From positions 192,001 to 256,000 of the forward strand of contig JAKFBU010000027.1 in assembly GCA_036676985.1 (NCBI GenBank): DNA of 64,000 bases, written 5' to 3'. The DNA comes from Candidatus Sericytochromatia bacterium. GTDB lineage: Bacteria; Cyanobacteriota; Sericytochromatia; S15B-MN24; UBA4093. Positions 20,073-30,901 of this stretch are shown here, in pieces. The notes under the pieces were generated by a model. That model was not told where the DNA came from and made no database searches. It was given only the letters and a program-made list of their open reading frames with translations. Both the position numbers and the translations under genes were made by a program. How positions within the stretch are numbered: position 1 is the stretch's first letter; every line of letters starts with the position of its first letter.

Positions 20073-21074
20073 GTGAAAGACCACTGGTACGTCGCCGCCG
20101 AGTCCTCCGAGCTCAAGGACAAGCCCCTCCCGCGTATGATCGACGGCGAGGCCATCGTGCTGTTTCGCGACGGCTCGGGGCAGGTGGGGGCGCTGCGCGA
20201 TCGCTGCTCGCACCGCAACGTGCAGCTCTCGCGCGGCTGGGTCAAGGACGGCTGCCTGACGTGTCCCTATCACGGCTGGCGCTTTGACGCGGCGGGTCAG
20301 TGCGTCCACATCCCGGCTCTCTGTTCAGACGATCCACTGCCCAAGAAGAGCGCCGTGCCGGACTACCCGGTCATCGAGCAGCAGGGCTACATCTGGGTCT
20401 ATGTCGGCGAGGGCGTTCCGGCCGATCCGCCCTTCACGTTGCCGCACATGGCGGAGCCCGGCTGGGCGTGGGTCCGCCTGAAGGCCCGGGTCCGCAACCA
20501 CGTGGACAACGTCGTGGAGAACTTCATCGATTGTCCGCACACGGGGTTCATCCACGCCGGGCTGTTCCGGAGCGAGCCGGACCACATGGTGGAGACGGTG
20601 GTGCGCACGCGGGCGGACGGCATCGACATCGAGATAGACGAGGAGGCCAAGACCAAGAGCCTGCTCGGGCGGCTGCTCTTGGCGCCGGGCGAGAAGGTGA
20701 CGCACGTGGATTCGTTCCACATGCCCTCCACCGTCGCGGTGCGCTACGCCTTCGGCGAGCGCCGCGAGGTCGTCGGGTACCAGATCTGCACGCCGGTCGA
20801 GGAGTTCGAGACGATGGTCTACGTCCACGTGACGTGGCGGCTGGGGGCGCTCGCGCCGCTCCTCAAGCCGTTCGTGCGGCTGGTGGGCAAGAAGGTGCTG
20901 GAACAGGACCTTTGGATCCTCGAGAACCAGGCCGAGCAGATCCGGCGCTACGGGACGGACTTCTGCTCGACGGGCGCCGACACGGCCAACAACTGGATCC
21001 GCAACTTCAAGCGCCGGGCCCAGGAGGGCGGGAACCAGCCGGGGCTCGAGACGAAGGTGAATTTCAGGTTGTAG
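20073..21074 (+). CDS. Rieske non-heme iron oxygenase alpha subunit (VanA-like)
   Basis: CSHR...CPYHGW Rieske motif; ENFIDCPHTGFIH mononuclear Fe site; GAGAGG before GTG20073. Confidence 0.88.
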   Translation: MKDHWYVAAESSELKDKPLPRMIDGEAIVLFRDGSGQVGALRDRCSHRNVQLSRGWVKDGCLTCPYHGWRFDAAGQCVHIPALCSDDPLPKKSAVPDYPVIEQQGYIWVYVGEGVPADPPFTLPHMAEPGWAWVRLKARVRNHVDNVVENFIDCPHTGFIHAGLFRSEPDHMVETVVRTRADGIDIEIDEEAKTKSLLGRLLLAPGEKVTHVDSFHMPSTVAVRYAFGERREVVGYQICTPVEEFETMVYVHVTWRLGALAPLLKPFVRLVGKKVLEQDLWILENQAEQIRRYGTDFCSTGADTANNWIRNFKRRAQEGGNQPGLETKVNFRL

Positions 21075-21081
21075 AGGTTCT

Positions 21082-21257
21082 AAGGAGAACCCCCCCGGCC
21101 GCCCTCTAGAGGGGGGAGGATCATGGGAGGGTGGAAAGCAAGGCTACTCCAACCGATCAGGGGTATAGAACAGGGCTTCTCCTTAGGATCTTGGCTGAAA
21201 CAAGCGCTCCCAATGGCTTCCCCCCCTCTAGAGGGGGGGGCAGGGGGGGTCCTCCTT
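21082..21257. repeat. 176-bp palindromic doublet (REP/MITE-like) with about 38-bp imperfect inverted ends
   Basis: Left AAGGAGAACCCCCCCGGCCGCCCTCTAGAGGGGGGAGG vs right reverse complement AAGGAGGACCCCCCCTGCCCCCCCCTCTAGAGGGGGGGAAG; lies between convergent genes. Confidence 0.75.
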
Positions 21258-22262
21258 GTAAAATCCCGTCCCCGCCCATCGCTGGTACTGCCGAATGCTC
21301 GGCTCCAAGAGCCTTCCGGCTGTCGTGAACGTCTCCTCCGGCATCCCCATCGCCTTCTTGGTCAGCAAATCCCGGTCCAGGATGTTCCCCGTCCCCTGGA
21401 GCCGCGTGATCGCGTTGAACCCCAGATCCCGCAGGAAGTAGACTGCGCTCGACGGGATCGGGAAGTCCGACCCGTGCAGCAGCCTCCCGATGTACCGCTC
21501 CACCTTGAAGCGCCTGACCTGCTGGTAACGGACCAGCGAGCAGAAGGCCGACGTGTCCCCGAAGGCGTGGTCGTAGCGCTCCAGCATCCGCCCGAACTCG
21601 TGCGAGTAGTCATAGCCCGGATACATGAAGGATCCCGTGCCGCAGTGACTGAAGATGACCGGGATCCCGCGCTTCAAGAGGGGCTCGTAGAGGGCCGGGT
21701 TCCCGAGGCGCTGCTCCATGCCGGGAAAGGTGTGCTCGCAACCCGAGTGCACGATGACGGGCAACCCCAGCTCGTGAATGGCGTCGATGACCCGCGCATG
21801 GCGCACGGCGTCGAGCTCGAACTTCTGCAAGGGCGCGAGCCACTTCAGGGCGACGGCACTCGGCCCCCAGCGCTCCAGCTCCTCCACGGCGTCCGGCCGA
21901 TCCGGGTTCACGGAGATGACGGGCAGGAGCTTGGGGCTCTTGCGGCACACGGTAAAGAGGTGCGCATTCGGCACCACCAGGTGGCTCTCGGCGGCCCTAA
22001 ACTCGCCGCTCGGGGCGTAGACCCCGTCCATGGCGAACAGGCACGCATAATCCAGCTCCCGCGCCCCCTCCACGGTCCGGGCGACGAAGTCCCCGAAGGC
22101 CTCGTCTTCGCGCCCTCGGGCCGCGCTGCCGCGCATGCCCGTCGCGAGCATCATGGCGTGGAAGGTCAGGCTGCGGCGCATGCGCGGTGAGACGGCGCAG
22201 CCCGTGCCGCCCGCGCCGATGCCCGCCAGGTGCGTGTGGATGTCGATGCGCGTCTGGGTCAT
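21228..22262 (-). CDS. Amidohydrolase-family metal-dependent hydrolase
   Basis: DIHTH, VHSG, SHCG, DTS, HGSDFP motifs. Confidence 0.88.
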   Translation of the reverse strand: MTQTRIDIHTHLAGIGAGGTGCAVSPRMRRSLTFHAMMLATGMRGSAARGREDEAFGDFVARTVEGARELDYACLFAMDGVYAPSGEFRAAESHLVVPNAHLFTVCRKSPKLLPVISVNPDRPDAVEELERWGPSAVALKWLAPLQKFELDAVRHARVIDAIHELGLPVIVHSGCEHTFPGMEQRLGNPALYEPLLKRGIPVIFSHCGTGSFMYPGYDYSHEFGRMLERYDHAFGDTSAFCSLVRYQQVRRFKVERYIGRLLHGSDFPIPSSAVYFLRDLGFNAITRLQGTGNILDRDLLTKKAMGMPEETFTTAGRLLEPSIRQYQRWAGTGFYKEDPPCPPL

Positions 22263-22321
22263 GCCCGCATGCTAACACGCCGCCGCCGGAAAATCCGGCA
22301 GCGGCGCGAGAGGGGGGCTGG

Positions 22322-22723
22322 TTAGCGGTTCTTGAGGTCGTCGATGACCTTCGCCTGCTCGGAGACGGTCGTCTGGAGCCGCTCGAGCACGCCGACCACC
22401 TGGTTCAGCTTGCCTTCGAGGGCATCCTTCTCATCGCGCAGGGCGAGGTACGAGTCCAGGAGCTTCGTCAGGTCGTTCGAGGGAGGCGCCGGCGTCTCCA
22501 GCTCGTCCTCCACCACCGTGTCGAGCGACGGGACGTTGTCGAGGTCCATGTTCCGGCGGAGCGAACGAAGCGACCGCTCGGCCTCGCGCAGGCCCTTGAT
22601 CTGTTCGAAGATGGCCGCGATTTCCGGGGTATCGGCGGTCAGCTGACCCTGCTTGTAGGCATCCCGCAGGTTGCCCCAGGGCGCGCCCTGACCGTTGGGG
22701 GTGAGGTTGGTATCCGAAGCCAT
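22322..22723 (-). CDS. Hypothetical coiled-coil protein (133 aa)
   Basis: AAGGAGG SD, host-like codon usage, heptad C-terminus. Confidence 0.75.
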   Translation of the reverse strand: MASDTNLTPNGQGAPWGNLRDAYKQGQLTADTPEIAAIFEQIKGLREAERSLRSLRRNMDLDNVPSLDTVVEDELETPAPPSNDLTKLLDSYLALRDEKDALEGKLNQVVGVLERLQTTVSEQAKVIDDLKNR

Positions 22724-22847
22724 GGTCGACCCTCCTTCGAGGACTAGCGAGTCAAGATGTTGCTAAGCCTACGATAGCGCTTTTGTGATCGCGAATCGGT
22801 GACGGATGCACATAACACATGCCCCAAACGGGCAATCGGCTCACCGC

Positions 22848-23525
22848 CTAGCGTATGAGCCCGTACCCGACGTCCTCGAGCACCGCGTCACCCGGCATGA
22901 GGCGCGCATCCTTCTTGCGGCTGACGACCTCGGCCGTGGAGAACCAGGCGTCGGTGGTGGTGACCCGCACGGTGCCGACGGCGAAGGCCTCGGAGCCCGG
23001 CCTGCGGGTGACCTTGAAGACGGCCCCGGCCTCGATGCCGTCCTCGGAGCCCAGGTTGATGAGCACCCGGTCGTCTCGCAGGCCCGTGATCTCGCCCTTC
23101 AAAGGGGCCTGGGTCTTCAGGAAGAGCGTCAGCTTCTTGGCGAGGCCCGGTACGTCCTCACTCGCTCCCGCAAAGCGCAGGGGCTTGGAGGCATCTCCGA
23201 GCTTGAGGTCGTAAAGCCGTCCCGAGAGCTGATAGCCCTGGCTCGCGGCCTCGGTGACGGTGCCGGCGAACACCCAGTCCGATTTCGCCTGCTTGCGCAG
23301 ACGCGTCACCGTCACGTCGAGGGGCTGATCCGTCGCGAACGGAGCCACGGCGGGTCCGATCACGAAGCGGCGGGACGCGCGCATCTCCTGCTCGAGCTGC
23401 GTCAGCAGGGACTTGGCCTGGTCCTTGGGCCCCACGGCGAACGAGACGACCGGAGGCGTCGACGGCAGGGCGGACGCCGGAAGGGCCATGCCCAGGAGCA
23501 AGGAGGCTATCAGCAGGCGCTTCAT
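22848..23525 (-). CDS. Secreted hypothetical protein (CsgG/FlgT-like architecture)
   Basis: Signal peptide MKRLLIASLLLGMALPASA; C-terminal VLINLGSEDGIEAG..F.V motif; ATGA overlap with the nitrilase gene. Confidence 0.7.
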   Translation of the reverse strand: MKRLLIASLLLGMALPASALPSTPPVVSFAVGPKDQAKSLLTQLEQEMRASRRFVIGPAVAPFATDQPLDVTVTRLRKQAKSDWVFAGTVTEAASQGYQLSGRLYDLKLGDASKPLRFAGASEDVPGLAKKLTLFLKTQAPLKGEITGLRDDRVLINLGSEDGIEAGAVFKVTRRPGSEAFAVGTVRVTTTDAWFSTAEVVSRKKDARLMPGDAVLEDVGYGLIR

Positions 23526-24379
23526 ACCGCACCGGCCCTTTCGGCACGGATGCGCCCCAGCTCGGCGAGCGTGACGTCCAGGCGCTCGTCGCGGCCGAGC
23601 GGCGTCACCTGGTGCGCCCGTCGCGCCTCGCGCGGATCGATGGTCACGGTCACCATGGCCTCGTCGAAGTAGGGCGCCTTGGCGAGCTCGCGGCCGAACG
23701 GATCGACCACCTCCGAACCGCCCCAGAAGCCCACCCCGTCCTCGAAGCCGATCCGGTTGGCGAAGACGACGTGCATGCCGTAGAGCTGGGCGTAGACCCG
23801 GATCATCTGCTCGTAGAGGCGCGCCGAGTCGGGGCGATCGCCCCCGAAGCCCCGGGCGGGCGACGCCGCCACCCCGATGAGCAGGTCCGCGCCGTCGGCG
23901 GCCGCCACCCCCACCGTGGAAGGATGCCACAGGTCCTCGCAGATGAGGAGCGCCGTCCGCCCGAAGGGACCGTCAAAGGCGCGGATCGCCGATCCGCTCG
24001 CCAGGAAGCGGCCCTCCTCGAACATGCCGTACGTGGGCAGATAGACCTTGCGGTGTACGTGCAGGAGGTCCCCGCCCGAGAAGTAGCCGGCGGAGATGTA
24101 GGTGCGATCGCCCGCACCGCGCTCGATGAAGCTCGCCACCACGTCGATCCGGCGCGAGAGCTCCCGCAGGGGGGCGAGGCGGTCGTCGTCGCGGGTGACG
24201 GCTAGCTCGCTCACCAGATCCTTGAGGAAGTACCCCGTCACGGACAGCTCCGGGAAGACGATGAGCTGAGAGCCCGCGGCAATGGCCGTCTCGGCCATGC
24301 GGCGGTGGGCCGCCAGGTTGGCGTCGAGGACGCCGAGCACCGGCGCGAACTGGGCGACCGAGACCTGGAAGGGCTGCAT
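23522..24379 (-). CDS. Carbon-nitrogen hydrolase (nitrilase family; resembles the glutaminase domain of NAD synthetase)
   Basis: FPELSVTGY, RKVYLPTYGMFEEGR, ICEDLW (E-K-C triad); TGATG overlap with the upstream gene. Confidence 0.9.
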   Translation of the reverse strand: MQPFQVSVAQFAPVLGVLDANLAAHRRMAETAIAAGSQLIVFPELSVTGYFLKDLVSELAVTRDDDRLAPLRELSRRIDVVASFIERGAGDRTYISAGYFSGGDLLHVHRKVYLPTYGMFEEGRFLASGSAIRAFDGPFGRTALLICEDLWHPSTVGVAAADGADLLIGVAASPARGFGGDRPDSARLYEQMIRVYAQLYGMHVVFANRIGFEDGVGFWGGSEVVDPFGRELAKAPYFDEAMVTVTIDPREARRAHQVTPLGRDERLDVTLAELGRIRAERAGAV

Positions 24380-24825
24380 CACTTGACGTTCAGTTGCGAG
24401 CGACCATTCTGGATGGTCGAGAGGGCGCGGGCGATCTTGGCCTCTAGCTCGGACAGAACCTCGTCGGCGTAGCGGTCGGCGCCCGCCTGCTGGACCTGCA
24501 TCTCCTGAGCGAGCTCCGCGCGGACCTTGTCGGCTTCGGCCTGGGCCCGGGCCATGACCTCGTTCTCGTCGATCATGCGGTTGGCGGCCTCGCGGGCGTC
24601 GGTCATGATGGCCTCGGCCCGGCGCTGCGCCTCTGCGAGCAGCTCGTCGCGCTGGGTCAAGAGCGCCTGGGCTTCCTCGATCTCCTTGGGCAAGGTCGCC
24701 CTCAGCTCCTCGAGGAGATCCAGGAGGCGCTCCTCATCTAGGATGGCGCGGGACGAAAACGGGACCTTGATGCTTTTGATCACGAGCTCTTCGATGGAGA
24801 AGAGCAACTGCTCTAGCTGGGAGAT
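24379..24825 (-). CDS. Conserved coiled-coil protein usually found downstream of coaD (DivIVA/ATP synthase b-like); start uncertain (ATC24825 or TTG24807)
   Basis: IEELV..SIKVPFSSRAILDEERLLDLLEELRATLPKEIEEA...GADRYADEVL..LE...IQNGR pattern; synteny with coaD. Confidence 0.8.
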   Translation of the reverse strand: MSQLEQLLFSIEELVIKSIKVPFSSRAILDEERLLDLLEELRATLPKEIEEAQALLTQRDELLAEAQRRAEAIMTDAREAANRMIDENEVMARAQAEADKVRAELAQEMQVQQAGADRYADEVLSELEAKIARALSTIQNGRSQLNVK

Positions 24826-25334
24826 AGGACATTCCTCCTCGTGGACTCCCCCGGTTGGGAGCCGAACTTGGCGCGCAGGCGCTCCGCGACCAGATCGGGC
24901 ACCATGCCCGTCGTGGGTCCATGCATGGAGGCGATCTCACGCACGGTGCTCGACGACAGGAACAGGTACTCGGACGACGTCATCAGGAAGACGGTCTCGA
25001 CGTCGGGGTTGAGCTTCTTGTTGGTGAGGGCGATGCGCAGCTCGGCGTCGAAGTCAGAGACCGCCCGCAGGCCACGGATGAGGACCTTGGCGCCCTTGAG
25101 ACGGGCGTACTCGGCGGTGAGGCCGCTGAAGCTCTCGACCCTCACGCCCGGAATCCGCTCGGTCACCGCCCGGATCAGCTCGACCCGCTCCTCGATGCTG
25201 AAGAGCGAGTTCTTGGAGCGGTTGACCAGCACGGCGACCACGACCTCGTCGAAGAGGTGGCTCGCCCGCTCGATGATATCGAGGTGGCCGTTGGTGATCG
25301 GATCGAAGGATCCCGGATAGATCGCGAGCGACAC
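24813..25334 (-). CDS. coaD: Phosphopantetheine adenylyltransferase
   Basis: IYPGSFDPITNGHLDII, IRGLRAVSDF, LSSS; GGAGG SD before GTG25334. Confidence 0.97.
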   Translation of the reverse strand: MSLAIYPGSFDPITNGHLDIIERASHLFDEVVVAVLVNRSKNSLFSIEERVELIRAVTERIPGVRVESFSGLTAEYARLKGAKVLIRGLRAVSDFDAELRIALTNKKLNPDVETVFLMTSSEYLFLSSSTVREIASMHGPTTGMVPDLVAERLRAKFGSQPGESTRRNVLSPS

Positions 25335-25383
25335 GTTGCCTCCCGACGGCGACACGGTCCAATCCGTGTCGTTTGACACAATT

Positions 25384-27399
25384 CTAGCCTGTCTCATTCC
25401 CCCCGGCAAGCCGATCCACGCCCTCGGCGGCCCATTTTTCGAACCGGGCGATCGCTTCGCTCGGACCGAGCACCAGGACCTGGTCGCCGACCGCCAGATG
25501 CTCCATGGCCCCTGGCACCGGCTTGACGGTGCCCTCACGGCGCAGGGCGAGCAGCACCACCCCTTGATCCGGCGGGTGCTCCAGCTCGTGGACGTGCCGC
25601 CTGGCCGCCTCGCTGTGCGGCTCGATCCGGAACCACCTGAGCGCAAGGCCCTCGGCGCTCAGGGGCGGCATGGCCTCGTAGTCCAACTCCGCATACTCGC
25701 GCAAGGCCACGTATCGGCGGGCCCGGATCTGGTGCAAGTACCGGGCGACCTCGTTGGGCGAGTAGCCATAAGCGACCAGGGCCCGCCGGACGGCCTCGAG
25801 GCTGGCCTCGAACTCGGGCTGGATGACCTCCTTGGCCCCCAGCGCGTAGAACCGATCGGTGTCGTCCGTGCGGTGCGCCCGCACCACCACGGGCAGCTGC
25901 GGCGCCTGGCGCTTGGCCTCGACCAGGCAAAGCTCGGCGCTCATAGAGTCCGGCAGGGCGATGATGAGCATCCTGGCATGCGTCAGGTTGCAGAACCGCA
26001 GGATCTCGGGCCGCGAGGCGTCCCCGAAGACCACCTCCTGGCCCGCGCCCCGCAGCCGTTCGGTGGTGTGGTGGCTGAGGTCCACCACCAGAAAGGGCAC
26101 CTTCCACCGCCGCAGCTCGTCGCCGATCTGGTGCCCCATGCGCCCGTAGCCCGCGATGACGACGTGGTGACGCAGGCGCGACGGCCGCTGACGCTCGAGC
26201 CGGAAGCCCCGCTCGCGCATGAGCCGGCGCCCGAACCGGTTGCGCTCGAGCAGGTTCGCCAGGGGGACGGTGGCGGCCATCAGGAAGGGTGCGAGCATCA
26301 AGGAGATGATGCTCGCCCCCATGATCGAGGCGAACCAGGTCGGTGGAACGAGGCGGTACTGCTGGCCCAGGCTCGCGAGGACGAAGGAGAACTCTCCGAT
26401 CTGCGCGAGCCCGAGCCCCACGGCGAGGGCGGTCCGCCCCGAGTAGCCGAACATGTAGGCGGTGAGGGCGCCGAGCACCGTCTTGCCCACCACGATGGAC
26501 CCGAGCAGCCACAGGATGGCCGGGGCGTTCTTCAAGGCGAGCTCCAGGTCGAGGAGCATGCCGAGCGACACGAAGAAGATGGTGGCGAACAGGCCCCGCA
26601 GCGGCAGGATCTCGGCGAGGGCCTGCTTGCTGTGGCGCGACTCGCTGATGACCAGCCCCGCGAGGAAGGCGCCGATGGCGGTACTGACGCCGAAGGACTG
26701 GGAGAGCAGGGCCAGCCCGAGGGCCATGACGAGCACGGCGAGGAAGAAGACCTCGTGACTGCCCAGGGCGGCGATGCCCGCCATGAAGCGCGGAACGAGG
26801 CGGGCCCCGAAGGTGAGGGCGAGGACCACGAAGAGGAGTCCGAGGGCGAGGTCCGCCGCGAACGCGAGGGAAAACAGCCCGGAGCCCGCGAGCCCCGGAA
26901 TCAGGAGCACCATGGGCAGCACGGCGAGGTCCTGGACGATGAGGATTCCCGTCAAGATGCGGCCGTAGGCGGCGTCCAGGTCGCCCCGGTCCGTGAGCAG
27001 GCGCAGCACCAGGGCCGTCGACGACAGGGCGAGCACGCAGCCGATGGCGACGCCGGAGGCGACCGATAGCCCGAAGGCCCGTCCCCCCAGCGTCACGATC
27101 AGGAGGGTCGCGAGGATCTGGAAGCTCCCCCCGAGGAGCGCCACGCGCCAGACCGGCTTGAGGTCGGCGAGCGAGAACTCGACGCCGAGCGCGAACATCA
27201 GGAAGACGACGCCCACCAGGGCGAGGCGATCGATCTGGACGGGATCCCGGATCCACTGGAGGGCGTGGGGCCCGATGAGGACGCCGCTCACCAGGTAGCC
27301 GAGGATGAGCGGCAGCCGGAGGCGGGTGGCGACGACCCCGCCGATGAGGGCCGCCACCATGGCGATCGTCAGATCCTGGAACAGGCTCGTCTCGGGCAT
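25384..27399 (-). CDS. CPA2 cation:proton antiporter (Kef-like) with TrkA-N and TrkA-C domains
   Basis: LSSTALV, GILIVQD, FFVSLGM, QIGEFSFV, IAGYGRMG, FGDAS. Confidence 0.92.
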   Translation of the reverse strand: MPETSLFQDLTIAMVAALIGGVVATRLRLPLILGYLVSGVLIGPHALQWIRDPVQIDRLALVGVVFLMFALGVEFSLADLKPVWRVALLGGSFQILATLLIVTLGGRAFGLSVASGVAIGCVLALSSTALVLRLLTDRGDLDAAYGRILTGILIVQDLAVLPMVLLIPGLAGSGLFSLAFAADLALGLLFVVLALTFGARLVPRFMAGIAALGSHEVFFLAVLVMALGLALLSQSFGVSTAIGAFLAGLVISESRHSKQALAEILPLRGLFATIFFVSLGMLLDLELALKNAPAILWLLGSIVVGKTVLGALTAYMFGYSGRTALAVGLGLAQIGEFSFVLASLGQQYRLVPPTWFASIMGASIISLMLAPFLMAATVPLANLLERNRFGRRLMRERGFRLERQRPSRLRHHVVIAGYGRMGHQIGDELRRWKVPFLVVDLSHHTTERLRGAGQEVVFGDASRPEILRFCNLTHARMLIIALPDSMSAELCLVEAKRQAPQLPVVVRAHRTDDTDRFYALGAKEVIQPEFEASLEAVRRALVAYGYSPNEVARYLHQIRARRYVALREYAELDYEAMPPLSAEGLALRWFRIEPHSEAARRHVHELEHPPDQGVVLLALRREGTVKPVPGAMEHLAVGDQVLVLGPSEAIARFEKWAAEGVDRLAGGNETG

Positions 27400-27530
27400 G
27401 TCACCCCTCCGCCGGACGCCTCGATTCTACACGGATCGGCCCCGATAAGTTTTCGTTAAAGGGCGTCAGGTTTTCGGCCCGGGGTGGAATAGAACCCTCG
27501 AGCGTCTGCATTCGATGGTACGAGGGCCGG

Positions 27531-28472
27531 ATGGATATTTCCGACTTGAACCCGCTCCCCGCGATCAAGCAAGGCTGGAAAGCCGTCGGGAACGCCAAGG
27601 ACGAGCTGGTCAAAGAGGTCAAGGAGGGCGTCGACGCCGTCCTCCCGGATCGCTTCGACAGCGTGCCTCGGCTCCCCGAGTACACCAAGATCCCGCCGGC
27701 CGCCCGGGCGGCGGCGGAGTTGCGTTCGCAGGGCATGAGCTATGTTCAGCGCCCGATCCGCAACGACGAGGGGAAGCCCCATGAGCCGGTGAACCTGGTC
27801 ATGACCGGCACCCAGGCGGAGATCGTCAACGCCCTCGAAAAGGCCGGCTGGACTCAGGCGGACAACGTGGACACGCTGAGCGGCCTCAAGACCGCTTACA
27901 CGATGCTCAACCGGATCACGCCGCTGCACAAGGCGTTCAACTATGACTACGAGAGCTCGCCCGTCAGCGACATGTTCCTCGACGGCAAGCGCTACGCCAT
28001 GGCGTTCAACAAGAACAACACGCACAACATGGCCCGCGACCACCTGCGCGTCTTCGAGACCGGCAAGACGGACGCCCAGGGCCGTCCCATCTGGGAGGTC
28101 GCGGCCACCCGCGACGTCGGGATCCACATCGACTTCAAAGAGCGCAAGGGCAGCCACGAGATCGACCACAACGTCGATCCCGAGCGCGACATGGTGCTCG
28201 CCGACTTGCTCGGCAGCGGCGAGATCGCGGACTGGCACATCGCCAAGGGGGAGCGGAGCCCGGAGGACGACCAGTCCCTTTCCACCAAGTACCAGACCGA
28301 TGGCAAGGTCTATCTGGTCGACCTGAAGCCCCGTCCCGACCTTGCCAGCGACCACCTGCTCCAGCAGCCGAGCAAGGTTCGCCAGGTGGTCCGAAAGCTG
28401 CCCGAGCCCGTGCAGGACAAGCTGCGCGCGGTCGACAAGAAGCTCACGGAGATGATGCACGGCTGGATGTAA
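27531..28472 (+). CDS. Stand-alone LssY C-terminal domain protein
   Basis: PVNLV, AGW..AD, SPVSDMFLDGK, RDHLRVF, AATRDVGI, HEIDHNVDPERD motifs. Confidence 0.75.
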   Translation: MDISDLNPLPAIKQGWKAVGNAKDELVKEVKEGVDAVLPDRFDSVPRLPEYTKIPPAARAAAELRSQGMSYVQRPIRNDEGKPHEPVNLVMTGTQAEIVNALEKAGWTQADNVDTLSGLKTAYTMLNRITPLHKAFNYDYESSPVSDMFLDGKRYAMAFNKNNTHNMARDHLRVFETGKTDAQGRPIWEVAATRDVGIHIDFKERKGSHEIDHNVDPERDMVLADLLGSGEIADWHIAKGERSPEDDQSLSTKYQTDGKVYLVDLKPRPDLASDHLLQQPSKVRQVVRKLPEPVQDKLRAVDKKLTEMMHGWM

Positions 28473-28479
28473 TCAAGAT

Positions 28480-28510
28480 GGCGCCCGCGGCACGGCCGGG
28501 GGCGCCTTTT
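28480..28510 (+). terminator. Terminator after the LssY_C gene
   Basis: GGCGCCC..GGGCGCC stem followed by TTTT. Confidence 0.6.
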
Positions 28511-28578
28511 GATTGGTGTCTAATGCTGGCTCCCGCGCGAGGGCAGGGTACGTGCATGGGGTCGCGGCGATCGTCGGG

Positions 28579-28735
28579 ACGGCCGACCCTGGATTCCCGC
28601 TTTCGCGGGAATGACGGGAGCGCCTGTTCAGGACTCAAGGGCAAGCGCTGGTACTCGTATCGAGGGTAAGCCCCTTTAGTGCAACGTCTGCGCTCCCGTC
28701 ACCCCCGCGAAAGCGGGGGTCCAGGGCCGGGCCGT
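28579..28735. repeat. Inverted pair of about 45-bp REP-like units (GTCATTCCCGCGAAAGCGGGAATCCAG type)
   Basis: 28579-28623 reverse complement GCGCTCCCGTCATTCCCGCGAAAGCGGGAATCCAGGGTCGGCCGT vs 28690-28735 GCGCTCCCGTCACCCCCGCGAAAGCGGGGGTCCAGGGCCGGGCCGT. Confidence 0.85.
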
Positions 28736-28794
28736 ACGGAAGCCGAGACGGTGAATTCCGCCATTTCAGGCAAGACGGTGCGGGGATACCGACC

Positions 28795-28826
28795 AAAACA
28801 AAGGCCCCCGGCATCGCCGGGGGCCT
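28795..28826 (-). terminator. Rho-independent terminator of typA
   Basis: AGGCCCCCGG/CCGGGGGCCT stem followed by TTGTTTT on the minus strand. Confidence 0.85.
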
Positions 28827-28842
28827 CAGTTCTCTCAAGATC

Positions 28843-30621
<1,779 letters not shown>

Positions 30622-30901
30622 CAAAAGGCTCCTTAGAGTCAGGCCGCCGGCCCGAAGGTGATCAGCTTGCGCTAAAACTCTTATTTTACTGAGGTCTGGG
30701 CCGACCGTCAAAGCGCAGATCCTCTGGACGGGGTCCCTCCCATCCCCGCGCTCGTCCCGACGCGGGTCGAAGCCGACGTTTCCGCCGCCAAACCGGCGCT
30801 ATTCCTGGTTGCTCCTCGCTCGTTCCCATGTTAAGATTGCCTGGCTGAATTGCTGCCGCAAAACCAGCAAGTGCGCGCATCTTCACCAGTCAGAGGCCAC
30901 C

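Noticed and set aside
24734-24940. ORF using the ATG right after the strong SD at the end of coaD
   Set aside because: Only 1-nt SD spacing, out of frame with the conserved protein and no recognisable product.
30622-30901. c-di-GMP riboswitch between typA and the GGDEF gene
   Set aside because: No GEMM consensus recognisable on either strand.
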